NCBI GenBank assembly: GCA_038087875.1
Contig: CM076001.1
Coordinates: forward strand, 1-64,000
Source of the DNA: Malacoraja senta
Lineage: Eukaryota
DNA: 64,000 nt
Direction: 5' to 3'
Shown: piece after piece, positions 48,274-61,450 of the stretch
How the letters are laid out: each line of letters begins with the position of its first letter
Position numbering within the stretch: position 1 is the stretch's first letter
Position numbers and translations under genes: made by a program
The notes under the pieces: model-generated
What the model was told of the DNA's origin: nothing
Database searches by the model: none
What the model saw: the letters and a program-made list of their open reading frames with translations, nothing else

Positions 48274-48863
48274 AGTACACATGTGTACATACATTAGCAC
48301 ACATGTGTACATGCATTAGTACTCAAGTGTACATGCATTAGTACACATGTGTACATGCATTAGTACACATGTATATATGCATTAGTGCTCATGTGTACAT
48401 GCATTAGTACACATATGTACATGCATTAGTGCTCATGTGTACATGCATTAGTACACATATGTACATGCATTAGTGCTCATGTGTACATGCATTAGTACAC
48501 ATATGTACATGCATTAGTACAGATGTGTGCATGTCGGGTCCACTTCAGCCTTTACTATGCTGACCTGTACAACGCAATAACTAACTTTACATCCCAGAGC
48601 TATAGAATAGAGAACACAGTTTAGTTTGGTTTAATATTGTCACGTGTACCAAGGTAGAGTCAAAAACTTTTTGTTCCGTGCTATCCAGTCAAAGAAAGGA
48701 TTATACATGATTACAATCATGCCTCCACAGTGAACAGATAAAGCATAAAAGGCACAATGTTTAGTACAAGATAAAGTCTGATAAAGTCCTATTAAAGTTA
48801 GTCAGAGGGTCTCCAAAGAGGTAGATGTTAGGTTAGCTTTCTGGTCCGTAATAGAATAGTTCA

Positions 48864-48895
48864 GTCTGAAGAAGGGTTTCGGCCCGAAACGTTGC
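48864..48895 (+). ncRNA. Minimal hammerhead motif, family 2
   Basis: GU-CUGAAGA-A-GGGU-UUCG-GCCC-GAAAC-GUU-GC. Confidence 0.7.
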
Positions 48896-49104
48896 CTATT
48901 TCCTTCGCTCCATAGATGCTGCTGCACCCGCTGAGTTTCGCCAGCATTTTTGTGTACCCCCAATAGAATAGTTCAGTTGCCTGAAAACATCTGGGAAGAA
49001 ATTATCCCTGAATTCCCAGGTGTGCATTTTCAAACTTCTGTACCTCTTGCCTGATGTGAGAGGGGAGAAGAGGGAGTGTCCAGGGTGAGACTCGTCCTTG
49101 AGAG

Positions 49105-50435
49105 CTAGCAAACTGGATACAGAATTGGCTTCATGGTGGGAAGCAGGAGCTGGTGGGGAAAGGGTGTGATGTTTTACTAGAGGCCTGTGACAAATGGTAT
49201 TGGTGCCAGGGTTCAGTGCTGGGGCCATTGCTGTTTGTGGTCTATATCAACAATTTGGATGAGAATGTACAAGGCATTATTAGTAAGCTTGCAGATGACA
49301 CTGAATGATATGGTAGATGGTGAAGATGGTTACCAACATTTACAGCAGGCTTGCTGGTCAAATGGGCTGAGAAATGGTTAATAGAGTTTAATGCAGCTCA
49401 GTTTAATGTTGTATTTTTGGAAGTCAAACAAGGGCAGGGCCTTCAAAGTGAATGGTAGGAGTGTTGTGGATCAGAGCAATCTAGGAGTATAGGTATAGAG
49501 GTCATGAAAGTGATGTCACGAGGTAGGTAGGGCAGTCATGAAAGCTTTTAGTACACCGGTCAAGGTATTGTTGGGATGCTAAGTTATAGTTTTACAAAAC
49601 CTTAGTTTAGATTTTAGTTTAGAGATACAGCGTGGAAACAGGCCCTTCGGCCCACCGGGTCCGTACTGACCAGCGATCCCCGCACATTAACACTATCCTA
49701 CACCACTAGGTCCAATTTTTACATTTACCAAGCCAATTAACCTACAAACCCGTACACCTTTGGAGTGTGGGAGGAAACCGAAGATCTCGGAGAAAACCCA
49801 CGCAGGTCATGGGGAGAACGTACAAACTCCATACAGACAGTACCCGTAGTCGGGATCAAACCCGGGTCTCCGGCGCTGCATTCGTTGTAAAGCAGTAACT
49901 CGTGACCGCCACACAGTGAGGCCACACTTGGTGCACTGTGGTCCGTTTGGTCATTCTGCCATAGGAAGGATATCATTGAGCTGGAAAGAGTGCAGAGGTG
50001 ATTTAGGAGGATGTTGCAGGCACTTGAGAAGTTGCTAGGCTGAACTATAGGGAGTGGTTGGGTGGGCTAGACCATTATTCCTTGGAGCGCAGGAGGCTCA
50101 GGGGTGATCTTATAGAAGGGTATAAAATAATTAGCGTAATAAATAGGGTGACTGAACAATGACTTTTACCCAGGGAAGAGGATTCAAAAACAAGAGGACA
50201 TTTGTTTAAGGTGAGAGAGGTGAGATTTAGTAGGAGCCTTAGAGACAAAGTTTTCACTCAGAGGGTGGTGGATATATGAAATGAGCTGCCAGAGGAAGAA
50301 GTTCAGGCATTTACTATAATGCCATGTAAAGTACACTTAGACATGCAGACAGATAGGAAAGGTTTAGGGCACCCATAGTTGGGATCGAACCCGGTTTCTG
50401 GCAGTAACTCTACCGCTGTGCCACCATGCTGCCCC
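49105..50435 (+). mobile_element. Decayed CR1 ORF2 3' part with nested minus-strand V-SINEs (about 49605-49912 and 50370-50435)
   Basis: gggttcagtgctggggcc, gcagatgacac, ggtgatcttatagaag CR1 motifs. Confidence 0.75.
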
Positions 50436-50759
50436 GTCCTTGTTTCTTTTGCTCATGAAGAAAATGGAAAGAAAAGGCGTAGTCTGCATTGCCGGATGCT
50501 AACGAACTTACCATTTTTGCGGATGAATTATGACAATCGGTAGGTTGGAAAATAATTTATTCACAATCCTCATTCACCGATAATAACACTGGTCACAAAA
50601 CACAATTGACCACAACGGTGGTCCTGGAACAACTGGCGGGCAGAGCTCAGAAACCACGCGAAAACCCGACCCTTCGCAGAGTCACGTGCGCGCAGCTTCC
50701 GACCGCAGGGTTTGATACCGACGAGCACCAATAGATTCCGCTACATGCCCCCCCCCAGA

Positions 50760-53700
50760 AACCGAGGTACGGAAATGCACCGGGAGCCGAACGGTATGGC
50801 CTGAACGCGAAGTCCTCAAACATGGGACGGGCGTAACTACGGGGACCGGCAGAACATAACCAGAGGGACACGAAAAACGCGAACAAGGGGCGGGCGTAAC
50901 AACGGGGACCAGCGAAACAGGGCCGGGAACAACAGGGTCAGGGGACAGCAGAACGGCCGTCGGACGACCTCTGCGCTTTGGTGTAGCCACAAGCACAGTG
51001 CTGTCCTCGTCCACGTGTGCGGGCTTAAGGCGGCCGACGGAGACGAACTCCTCCTGGCCGCCCACGTCCAACGTGAACGTGGAGACTTCAGTCCCCAGCA
51101 CCCTGTACGGCCCCTCATAAACCCGCTGCAGCGGCGAGCGGTGAGCGTCCCTGCAAAGGAAAACATAAGCACAATTCTGTAATGACACCGGCACACGCAC
51201 AGAGGCCGACCCATGCCTGGAAGTGGGGACGGGGGCTAACGCGCGCACCCGCTCACAATGCTACGCTAGCACCGCCAAAGCCGAAACCTCCTGACCACGG
51301 GCGGCGGGCAGGAAATCCCCTGGTACACGTAAAGCCGAGCCATAGACGAGCTCAGCCGAGGAGACGTCCAGGTCCTCCTTAGGTGTTGTTCTGACGCCCA
51401 GGAGAACCCAGGGCAACTGGTCAACCCAATCGGGGCCGGTAAGCCGGGCCTTCAACGCCGACTTAAGGTGTCTATGGAACCGCTCAACTTACCCATTTGC
51501 CTCTGGGTGATAAGCGGTCATCTGGTGTAAGTGGGCGCCGTAAAGCTGCGCTAAGCCAGACCACAGAGACGAGGTAAACTGTGTCCCACGGTATGTGGTG
51601 ATGTCGGATGGGACCCCGAAACGAGTTATCCAGTTGGACACGATAGCCTGAGTGCAAGCCTCCATGGAGGTATCCGATAATGGGATAGCCTCGGGCCTCC
51701 TAGTGAACTGTCCACTATAGTAAGCAGGTGCGTGGCACCACGCGAACATGGTAAGGGACGGACAAGATCTACATGAATATGCAGGAACCTGCCATCAGGC
51801 ACAGCGAAATCCTGCATGGGTGGCCGTACATGTCGCTGAACCTTGGAGGTCTGGCACGGGATGCAAGCATGGGCCCAGGCGGCCACCTGCTTCTGCAGCC
51901 CGTGCCAAACGAATTTGGACGCTACCAGGGCAGACTGGACGGGTGGGCCAAACTGTAGACAGTGTCAAAAACTCACCGTCTCCAACTGACTGGAATAACC
52001 GGACGGGCTCTACCCATGGAGATATCTCAGAGGACCTTGACCCCAGCCGCCCCTCAAGGCACCTCGGCTAGCTCAAGGCCCGATTCAGCTGTGTGATAAC
52101 CCGCCATGCTGGCAGTGGCCATTTGGGCCGCTGCCAGCTCAGCGTAGTCGACTCCCAGGTCTAGAGCCGGAGCCGACGGGAAGGCCAGACGAGACAACGC
52201 GTTGGCCATGACGTTAAGCTTCCCCGCTACATGCCAAATGTCAGACGTGAACTCGGAAATGTAGGTGAGGTGCCACTGCTGCCTGGCAGACCACGGATCG
52301 GCGATTTTGCCCAATGCAAAAGTGAGCAGTTTGTGGTCCGTGAAAGCTGTGAAATCTCGGCCCTCGAGGAAGTAACGGAAATGCCTGATCGCCTGTCGAA
52401 TGCGCTGTACTTACACTCCGGAGGCCGAAGCTGCCTGCTGAAAAACGGCAGCGGCTGCCAGCGGTCACTGACCCGCTGCTCCAGGACTTCACCCACAGCG
52501 ACATCCAAAGTCGACCATGAGCGCAGACGCCCTCGGGTGCACTAGCATGGTGGCGTTAGCCAGCGCGGCTTTAGCACCTTCGAACGCCGTGCCAGGTTCC
52601 ACGGCTTACCCGCGAGGCACTGGAATATTACGGTGTGGTATGGAAACACCACACAGACAGAGAGGAAGGCTCTGCAGAGTCATAAAGACTGCAGAGAGGA
52701 TTATCAGAACGGAACTTCCCTCCATGGAAACAATCTACACACAGCGCTGTCAAAAAAGAGCAGAGAGAATCATCAGAGACACACTACATCCAGCTGACTC
52801 CCTGCTCAAACACAAAAACTGCACATACAACCTCAGGCACAGACGAGCGGACAGCATCGCCACAAACAGAACACGCTTTTTCAAGAGCTTCTTCCCACAG
52901 TGAGACTCTTGGCCAAAACAAAATGAACTGATGTCCTGACCCACCTCATAACATATCATAGTATATGTGTTTATAGTTTATAGATTATGTGTCTTTCTGT
53001 GTGTCTTTTTAACTTGACTTGACTTGACTCTCTGAACAACCGCACAAGAGTTCCTATGTGTGTAAGCACAAATGGCAAATAAAGTTTTTGATTTGATTTG
53101 ATTTGATAGTGGGCGCATGACAGCGGCGGCTGAAGGCATGAACCGGTGGTAAAAATTTCCCATCCCAATAAACTCCTGTAGACCCTTGACAGTGAGCGGC
53201 CTAGGGAACTGGCGAATGGCGTCGACCTTCTCAGGCAGTGGCTCGGCACCACGAGGGGTAACCCGATGCCCTAAGAAGGAAAGGGAGCGCAAGCCGAACT
53301 GGCAGTTCGCAGGGTTAATCACCAAACCGTGCTCGCGTAATCGCTCGAACAAAAGGCGAAGGTGAATAACGTGTTCCACCTGCGAACGGCTGGTCACCAG
53401 GATATTGTCTAAATAAATGAAGATGAAAGGCAAACCCCGCCCGACCTGATCCATAAGTCGCTAGAATGCCTGAGCAGCGTTCTTTAGGGCGAATGGCATT
53501 CGGAGCCATTCGAACAGGCCGAGCGAGGCTGTCTTGGGGACGTCGTCGGGGTGGACGGGGATCTGGTTATAACCCCCGAACCAGGTTGACCTTCGAATAG
53601 AAGGTAGCATCCTCGAGGTGCGCCGAAAAATCCTGAATATGGGGTGCCGGTCCACCGTGGTTACCGCGTTAAGCCGCCTGTAATCACCGCAAGGCCTCCA

Positions 53701-54200
53701 ACCCACAGATGCTTTGGGAACCATAAGGAGTGGGGAAGCCCAAGTGCTATCAGACCGCCGCACAATGCCCATGTCTTCCATCAACTGGAATTCATCGCGG
53801 GCAATGCGCAGCCTGTCCGGTGGTAGGCGGCATGCGCGAGCGTGCACCAATGGGCCTTCGGTGGGAATGTGGTGCACCACACGATGACGAGGCGTGGCCC
53901 CATCAAAACGGGGCGTCAGTAGCTCCGGGAACTCGGATAACAGACGTTCCTCGACCTCTGCGATGTCGTCGGGTTGCTGCTTGGGCGGAGGCGAGTTGCG
54001 CGGTTCATCGGGGCGGAGGTCTGACAACGGGACCATATGACCGCCATGCATGTCGACTAGGAGGGAGAACGCGCGCAGGAAATCAGCCCCCAAGATTGCT
54101 TGGGCGACGTTAACAACGATAAACTTCCACCTGTACGGGTGGGAGTCGAAGGTTAGTTTAAGAATCCGCGTACCGTACGTTTGAATGTCACTCCCGTTCC
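50760..54200 (-). pseudogene. Gypsy pol (protease, RT, RNase H, integrase), frameshifted
   Basis: ILGADFL, WASPLLMVPK, GWRPCGDYRRLN, YLDNIL, FFSRQL..YSAFDR, CIPCQTSK, FGVPSDITT, YHPEANG, YEGPYRV. Confidence 0.92.
52628..53105 (+). mobile_element. Rex1/Babar LINE 3' fragment nested in Gypsy pol
   Basis: VWYG...KTAERII...IIRDTLHP...FFKSFFPQ; (TTTGA)n tail; ATA duplicated; removal restores the RPLFQCLAGK frame. Confidence 0.85.
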
Positions 54201-54775
54201 TCGCCTTCCTCACGTAGCTTCCTCGAAAGCAATCTAACTGGTGCAACCAGACGGGTGCTGGCGCAGACCTCCTGCCGTCTCGTGGTCCATAGTTCGTCGG
54301 CCCTCTCAGCGAGCTGCTGGGGGTCGCTGAAATCAGCTCCATCGAGCATTAATCGTACGTCGTCGGGCATCTGCTCTAAGAAGGCTTGCTCGAAAAGCAA
54401 GCACGGCCGATGCCCATCCATCAAGGCCAACATCCTGGCCATCAAGCTGGAGAGCCTCCGATTGCCCATACCGTCCATGTGTAGAATCTTCGCTGCATGG
54501 TCTCGATGGCTGAGCCCGAAGGTATGCAGCAACAGGGCCTTGAGGCCATCGTACTTGGCCGTCGCTGGCGGGTCCCTCAGGTAAGGCAGCAAACATGAGG
54601 TCGACTCCTGCGGCTGGGCCCCCACCACGTGGAAATAACGTGTCTCGTCCGCGACGGAGCTGTGCAGGTGGGCAAACCAAACCTGTGGCTGATCAGGCCA
54701 AAAATGAGGCAGTCGAAGGCTGACAGAGTCCTGTTGAGCGCCGGCCTTGCCGGCGGGAAAATAATTGTCCTGCAT
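54188..54775 (-). pseudogene. Gypsy gag
   Basis: ATG just after the PBS; LRLPHFWPDQPQVWF, YDGLKALLL, LAERADEL. Confidence 0.85.
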
Positions 54776-55503
54776 GATCTTAGGTCTAACTACGGTTAGA
54801 CTCGACAGGGTCACCAATTTAGCTGATGAATTATGACAATAGGTAGGTTGGAAAATAATGTATTCACATTCCTCATTCACCGATAACACTGGTCACAAAA
54901 CACAACCGACCACAACGGTGGTCCTGGAACGACTGGTGGGCAGAGCTCTGAAACCGGGCGAAAACCCGACCCCTCCCAGAGTCACGTGCGCGTGGCTTCC
55001 AACCACAGGGTTCATGCCCTTTACCAGAGGAGACAGGGTGGGTTGCAAAAGGCTGAACAGTCTCAGAATTGCAGTTTATTTGTAGAAGCATAGTTGTCAT
55101 ATTGTCAAATTATATTAATCCAGTGTGATGGTATATGTGGGAGTATTCTCTGACAATTAAATTGATTGTTAAGTGCAAAACTGCCTTTCTGAATTATACA
55201 AAGAGGAAAAGGATACAACATGACTTGAAATAATATCAGAGCCAATCAACACGATACTTCCTGTTAATTTTAAGAGTTAAGTGCGAAATCCTTTGGGTAA
55301 TTATTGCAAATTGTATCAATCAGCAAGTTGTCTGTTGGTATAAGGAATGTAAACGCCTCAGCTTTGCATCTGGGCTTTGGATTTCCATTCCAATCCCTTC
55401 CATCTTGCTAGTCCTTCCAATGTTTTCTCACAACCACTTGGAACAGTTGCTTAATTGCCTTTCTCCCTAGTTCCAAGTAATGGTCTAGTTTTCCAAAGTA
55501 AAA

Positions 55504-57346
55504 GGTCTGTCTCACTGTGCGAGTTGACCCACGAGTGACCCCGAGTGAAAGACTCGTGGTTGCGTACGATACTACAAGTTTATGATCCAGAGTTTAACCG
55601 AGTTCCCACGGGTATGTCTACGTTTCCCATTTACTTCTCATCTCTGCGATGTTCCAAGTTCGTCTCCCGAGTGTACCAAGTTCCTCTCCCGTTAATCTTG
55701 AGGCAACAATGTATATCGAAGTGTTGAAAAATCATCACATGTTCAAAAAATGATGTCATGCCAGCCAAAGAACGTAGAGACTATTGTGTTTGCTGCATGT
55801 GTTCTGCACAACCTGATCCGTATCAGAGGTGCAGCTTCAGGATCAGCAACGGCCATGCAGGACGGTGACTTAGTGGACAGTCAAACAGGGAGAATAACAC
55901 TAGGTGCTTGGAGGAGTGGTACAAACGACGAGACTTTGGTGCCACTGCAGTGTTTTCGAGGTAACACGGGGACCAACAGTGCAAAAGAGCAGAGAGACCA
56001 TCTCTGCTCCTACTATAATTCAGAATTGGGCAGTGTGCCGTGGCAGGACAGCTTATTTTGAGCGGCTGCCGACCACAGGTACATCACTGCATGAGGAGAG
56101 CCCACATGCAGAAAAATCCAGTTAATTTCATGTTTAGTTTAAATCCTGCTGACTTTTCTTTGTTTAACTTTAAGTGTGGATTTTATTTTTTATTGTGGTG
56201 TAAAAGTAATTTCATTGCATCTGTCTTTCCTTTAAAACGTGGTTATCATGCATCTGCTTATCTGATTGTAGATCTCAAAACTTGTCATTTAGCGCATTGC
56301 ATTGTATCTTTTATTGCCTGAATTTAGACTAGTGCATTTCTCAGCTGAATTAGTATATAGTGGAAATACTTTTATTTGTGCTTCATTTGTTGATTTTCAT
56401 GTATGAGAAGCCCTTTTTCAGACCACTGTGTTGTTTGCTGTGGTGCTTCACCGTGATATGGGTTTGCAGGAAATTACGCATATTTCTCAATATGCGCAAA
56501 AAAGCGTTTTTTATATTGAACAAGAATAAAGACTTTGTTTCACATTCAAGACATTTGTTTCACATAAGACTTTGTCTTATTTTCTGATCTACTGAGAGGT
56601 GACAATTTTAAACATTTAAAAAGCACAGCATATGAGGCAGCTGTCCTTAAATCTCACAAATGATTGTGAGAATCAAGATGTGAATATATTTTGCCTTCCT
56701 CTATTTTGTGTTTTATGATGAAAGGAATATTACACTCAAGTCATGAGACTTTGTAGTGATATTAAAATGAAGACTTCCAGGCATCAATTTGATCTTGATA
56801 GCAAAGAACTCTCTTTTATTGTGCAATGAAGTAAACAAACAGTGAGAATCAAACGGATCAGCAAGAAGCTTTTCAACACAACACAACACAACACAAATTT
56901 ATATATAAACTTCAAGCAATTTTTTTCTTTTCAACCCACTGTCACCTTATCAATAACTTGCTTAACTTTGTTAAGCAGAATTTGTCTTTAAAAAGTCTAA
57001 GTAGCTGATATTTCTGTCCCTGATTATTGTTTCTAAAAAGAGTTCCCACGGTAGACTCACGAGTCACAAAGTTAAACGCACGGGCCACTAGGTGCTTACA
57101 ACGAGTTTAAAATGTTTCAAATTTTAACCTCAAGAGTACATTTTACTCGTGGAAAAGTACAAACATGTTTGAACTTTTGCAAGAGTTAACAAGTTTCACG
57201 TGTACCTCCCGTTAGCGCCAAGAGTCGCTAAGTTGCGTCCACGAGTTCCGACGTTCCCGCTACGTTAATTGTACGTGATTACCACGAGTTAAATTTGTTT
57301 TAAACTCGGGGTCACTCGTGGGTCAACTCGCACAGTGAGACAGCCC
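55504..57346 (+). mobile_element. Internally deleted PIF/Harbinger element
   Basis: 43-bp TIR GG(T/G)CTGTCTCACTGTGCGAGTTGACCCACGAGTGACCCCGAGT at both ends; TAA/TTA context; repeated subterminal CACGAG. Confidence 0.9.
55750..56061 (+). pseudogene. Harbinger DDE transposase C-terminal remnant
   Basis: IVFAACVLHNLIR and RDHLCSYYNSELGSVPWQD motifs. Confidence 0.85.
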
Positions 57347-57469
57347 TTTTAAGCTTTTTTTTAATCATTATAATCAGGTTGTGTCATCACAACCCTTGAG
57401 TCCTATCTCTGTTATCTTTCAGTTGGTTTGAATGATCTCAAAGTCTCAATCAACCCCATCCACTTCCAT

Positions 57470-58685
57470 CTCCTTTCTTTCTTTCTTTTAAAATATTTGT
57501 ATTTGTTTTTTTTCAAAAACAAAACAAAACAACAACAAAAAATAATGATAAACATAACAATGATATTGATACATAGGGATCAGGATTACATTAATAACAG
57601 GTATAACCTAAATATCAGTCCAGTGTCAAAATACACATTGAATATAGACCTCCTGGTCTCTATGTAAATATAGTTAAGTGTTTAAAAGAAAACTTATATG
57701 TAAAAAAAAAGATAAAAAGAAAAAAAAGAAAAAAAGAGAAAAAAGGATAAAACAAAACCTCCCTAACCTAGAAAAAAAAAGCAAAACAGAATCTGGGCTG
57801 CAAAGAATTTCAACAATTTAAGGCCCTGTTTGTCGTCGAGTCCGTTCCACCGTATAAAGGTAAAATAATTATTATAACAGTTGGAGAGGGGACAATTTAT
57901 GTTGTGTGAAAATGTTGAATAAATCTTCCCCCAGTCCTATCAAATTTAACCAAGGGTTCAACAATGTCACTGCTAATTTTTTCTAAATTTAAACATGATA
58001 TCATTTCAGAATACCAATGGAGTGCGGTTGGAGGGTTAGAGTCTTTCCATTTAAATAAAATAGATCTTCTGGCAATTAATGTGGTAAAAGCAATCAGCCG
58101 ATGGGCAGAACCAGACAAATGAATAGAATCTAACATTGGTAGCCCCAAAATTGCAGTAATAGGATGAGGATGTAAATTAATACCTAAAACTACAGAAATA
58201 GTATCAAAGATTTCTTTCCAATATTTTTCCAAAAGTGGGCAGGACCAAAACATGTGGGTCAGTGAGGCCACTTCAGAGTTACATCTGTCACAGGTAGGAT
58301 TTATATGACCATAAAAACGAGGTAACTTATCTTTTGACATATGAGCTCTGTGAACCACCTTGAATTGTATCAGAGCGTGTCTTGCACACATTGAGGAAGT
58401 ATTAACTAATTGAAGAATCCTCTCCCATTTCTCTATAGGTAGAGAAATTTGGAGTTCTCTTTCCCAGTCATTCTTAATTTTATCAAATGTATCTATTTGT
58501 AATTTCAAAATCAACTCAGAAATAGTCGTTATTAAGCCTTTCTGATAAGGGTTCAAATGTAAATAAATTTCCTAAATTTCAGTTTGATGTGGTAACGGAA
58601 AAAAGGGTAGAGTAGCCTTCAAAAAATGTCTAATTTGTAAATATCTAAAAAAGTGTGAGTTAGGTAAATTATATTTATTGGAGTT
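57470..58685 (-). mobile_element. L1-clade LINE 3' fragment
   Basis: WEREL, QFKVVHRAH, CDRC..ASLTHMFWSC zinc-knuckle region; T-rich 3' UTR. Confidence 0.88.
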
Positions 58686-60105
58686 GTCTCCAATTAGGTC
58701 TCAATTCACCTGCTACTGAAAACCACACCCCTGCAAGAGATGTCTCCACACTTCACTATTCCAGAGATCTGCAGGCAGCACTCCTATTGTCTATCCAACC
58801 AGGGCCGGATTTATGTATAAGCTTGACAAGCTTAAGCTTAGGGCCTCGAGATCTAGGGGGGCCTCGCAGAGCTGGATTTACCACTAGGCTTCATAGGCTG
58901 AAGCCTAGGGCCTCGAAATCTAGGGGGCCTCCGGACAAGGCAGGACAACTGCCGTTCAACTCTGGGCGGGACCACCTCTCTATCTGTCTGTCAATCTCCG
59001 TCTCCGCCCGCCATCTGAATCAATGTCCGGTTCTCCGCTCTCCGCTCGCTCCTCATCTGCCGGCACAGCAGGCCACCTTTCACATGCGCACTACTACGGC
59101 CAGCACATCCTCCCCCTGCACATGCGTACAACCACGGCCAGCACATCATCGGCCACCCTGCGCATGCGCACTGCCACGGCAACTTGTCGGCGCTGGGCAC
59201 TTTCTCCCTCGCTTTGATTTGCGGGAGATCTGGCCGCCATTGCTGTCCGGTCGTCGCCTCACCACGACCGCTGAAAACCAACGCAGAATCACTCCCTGAC
59301 CCTGGATCTGGAGTAACTTTCCTTCTGGTTTCCTGGTCCTCCACAAATATTCTAAATGGAATTTAAACTGGAGGTGGTGGAGGGCTGAACAATAACAGCC
59401 TATTGCATTTTATCTGTTTATTTATTGTGTATATATATGGTCTATGGTATATAAACACACTGAACTTTTATCTCCTGTTCTGTATGATATTTACATATTC
59501 AGTTGTGCTGCAGCAAGCAAGAATTTCATTGTCCTATCTGGGACACATGACAATAAAACTCTCTTGACTCTTGACTTAAGCAACAAAGGGTTCTTGGGGA
59601 AAAAAGAGGTACCTTAAATTTAGTTGCGTCTGGTTGGGTAACTATGGTAGGGTGAAGACTATTCCATGCTTTAATTGTGCGGGGGAACTCCATGGAGCAG
59701 CTAGCAACTGGATAGAAGAAATTGGGTGACGTTTAGGGTAGAGACCCCTCTTTAGACTCCCTCTGGTTTTAGTGTTTTAAGTTTAATTTAAAGATGCAGT
59801 GTGGAAACAGGCCCTTCGGCCCACCGTGTCCACCGATCACCCGTACACTAGTTCTATCCCACACATTAGCAGAGAAAGTCAAGAGTTAAGAGTGTTTTAT
59901 TCTCTCACGTCCCAGTTAGAACAATAAAATCCTTACTTGCAGCAGCACAACAGAATATGTAAACATAGTGTCTGAAGAAGGGTTTAGGGACGAAACGTTG
60001 CCTATTTCCTTCGCTCCATAGATGCTGCTGCACCCGCTGAGTTTCTCCAGTACTTTTGTCTGCTCTGTAAACAATGTTATAAACGAGAAAACAAAACGAT
60101 GTATA

Positions 60106-60399
60106 NNNNNNNNNNNNNNNNNNNNNNNNNNNNNNNNNNNNNNNNNNNNNNNNNNNNNNNNNNNNNNNNNNNNNNNNNNNNNNNNNNNNNNNNNNNNNNN
60201 NNNNNNNNNNNNNNNNNNNNNNNNNNNNNNNNNNNNNNNNNNNNNNNNNNNNNNNNNNNNNNNNNNNNNNNNNNNNNNNNNNNNNNNNNNNNNNNNNNNN
60301 NNNNNNNNNNNNNNNNNNNNNNNNNNNNNNNNNNNNNNNNNNNNNNNNNNNNNNNNNNNNNNNNNNNNNNNNNNNNNNNNNNNNNNNNNNNNNNNNNNN
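60106..60399. other. Assembly gap (N run)
   Basis: Run of n. Confidence 1.
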
Positions 60400-61027
60400 A
60401 AGTTCTATCGTATAGTATCGTGTGTGTAGGAAGGAAGTGCAGATGCTGGTTTAAACTGAAGATAGACACAAAAAGCTGGAGTAACTCAACAAGTCAGACA
60501 GAATCTGTGGACAAAAGGAAAATATTACGTTTTGGGTTGGGTCTAAAATAGGTTTCTGCACACCTTTGGGATGTGGAAGGAACAAGAACAAGAACAAGAA
60601 AACCCATGCGATCAAAGGGAAAAGGAGCAAACCCCATACAGACAGCACCCATATTCAGGATCAATTCCGGGTCTCTGACACTTTTGGGCAGCAACGTTAT
60701 GGCCAATGTACTGCCCCATAGTCTTGAACTTAATTAAAACATACAGTAGCTGTAAAGGAGGACATAGCGTCACTTGGAGATTTAAAACAGAAAATGGATA
60801 TTTTCATTTTTTTAGTAACCAGTTATCAACGTATAATATTTTGTGTGATGGAAAACAAAATATAGTGGCACAGCTGGTAGACTTGCACATTCTCCCTGCA
60901 AGCGTGTTGTTTTCCTCCCACATCCCAAAGACGCATTAGCTTTGTAGGTTAACTTGTCCCTGTAAAATTGCCCCTAATGTGTAGGGAGTGGGTGAGGAAA
61001 GTGGGATAACAGAACTTGTGTGAATGG

Positions 61028-61450
61028 GTAGACAAAAATGCTGGAGAAACTCAGCGGGTGAAGCAGCATCTATGGAGCGAAGGAAATAGGTGACATTTCA
61101 GGTCGAGACCCTTCTTCAGACTGATGTGAGGATGGGGGGGACGGGAAGAAGAAAGGAAGAGGCGGAGACAGTGGGCTGAGGGAGAGCTGGGAAGGGGAGG
61201 AGAAAGCAGGAATTACCTGAAATTGAAGACGTCAATGTTCATACCGCTGGGGTGTAAACTGCCCAAGCGAAATATGAGGTGCGGCCTCACTCTGGCCATG
61301 GAAGAGGCCCTGGACAGAAAGTTCGGATTCGGAATGGGCGGGCGAGTTGAATTGTTGAGCCACCGGGAGATCACGTTGGTTATTGCGAAATGAGTGGAAG
61401 TGTTGTGCGAAGCGATCGCCAAGCCTGTGCTTGGTCTCACCGAGGTTGAT
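61028..61450 (-). mobile_element. Penelope GIY-YIG end plus terminal repeat
   Basis: GETKHRLGDRFAQH; HLIFRLGSLHPSGMNID; degenerate hammerhead at 61089-61121. Confidence 0.85.

Larger units (their letters stand above)
47524..48533. repeat. 22-bp palindromic minisatellite with a 399-bp higher-order duplication
   Basis: Unit ACACATGTGTACATGCATTAGT; the array contains palindromes GTACACATGTGTAC and ATGCAT; embedded unique blocks are offset by 399 bp. Confidence 0.95.
50515..55012 (-). mobile_element. Gypsy/Ty3 LTR retrotransposon provirus, decayed
   Basis: 3' LTR about 50515-50745 after a PPT (50746-50756); 5' LTR about 54817-55012, outer end lost; PBS TGGTGACCCTGTC ending near 54816; gag, PR, RT, RH, IN order. 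Confidence 0.95.

Noticed and set aside
47524-48533. CRISPR-like repeat/spacer appearance
   Set aside because: Units are contiguous 22-mers without unique spacers, the two long inserts are duplicates of one retroposon, there are no cas genes, and the context is eukaryotic.
60022-60551. ORFs of 130-150 aa
   Set aside because: They span the N gap.
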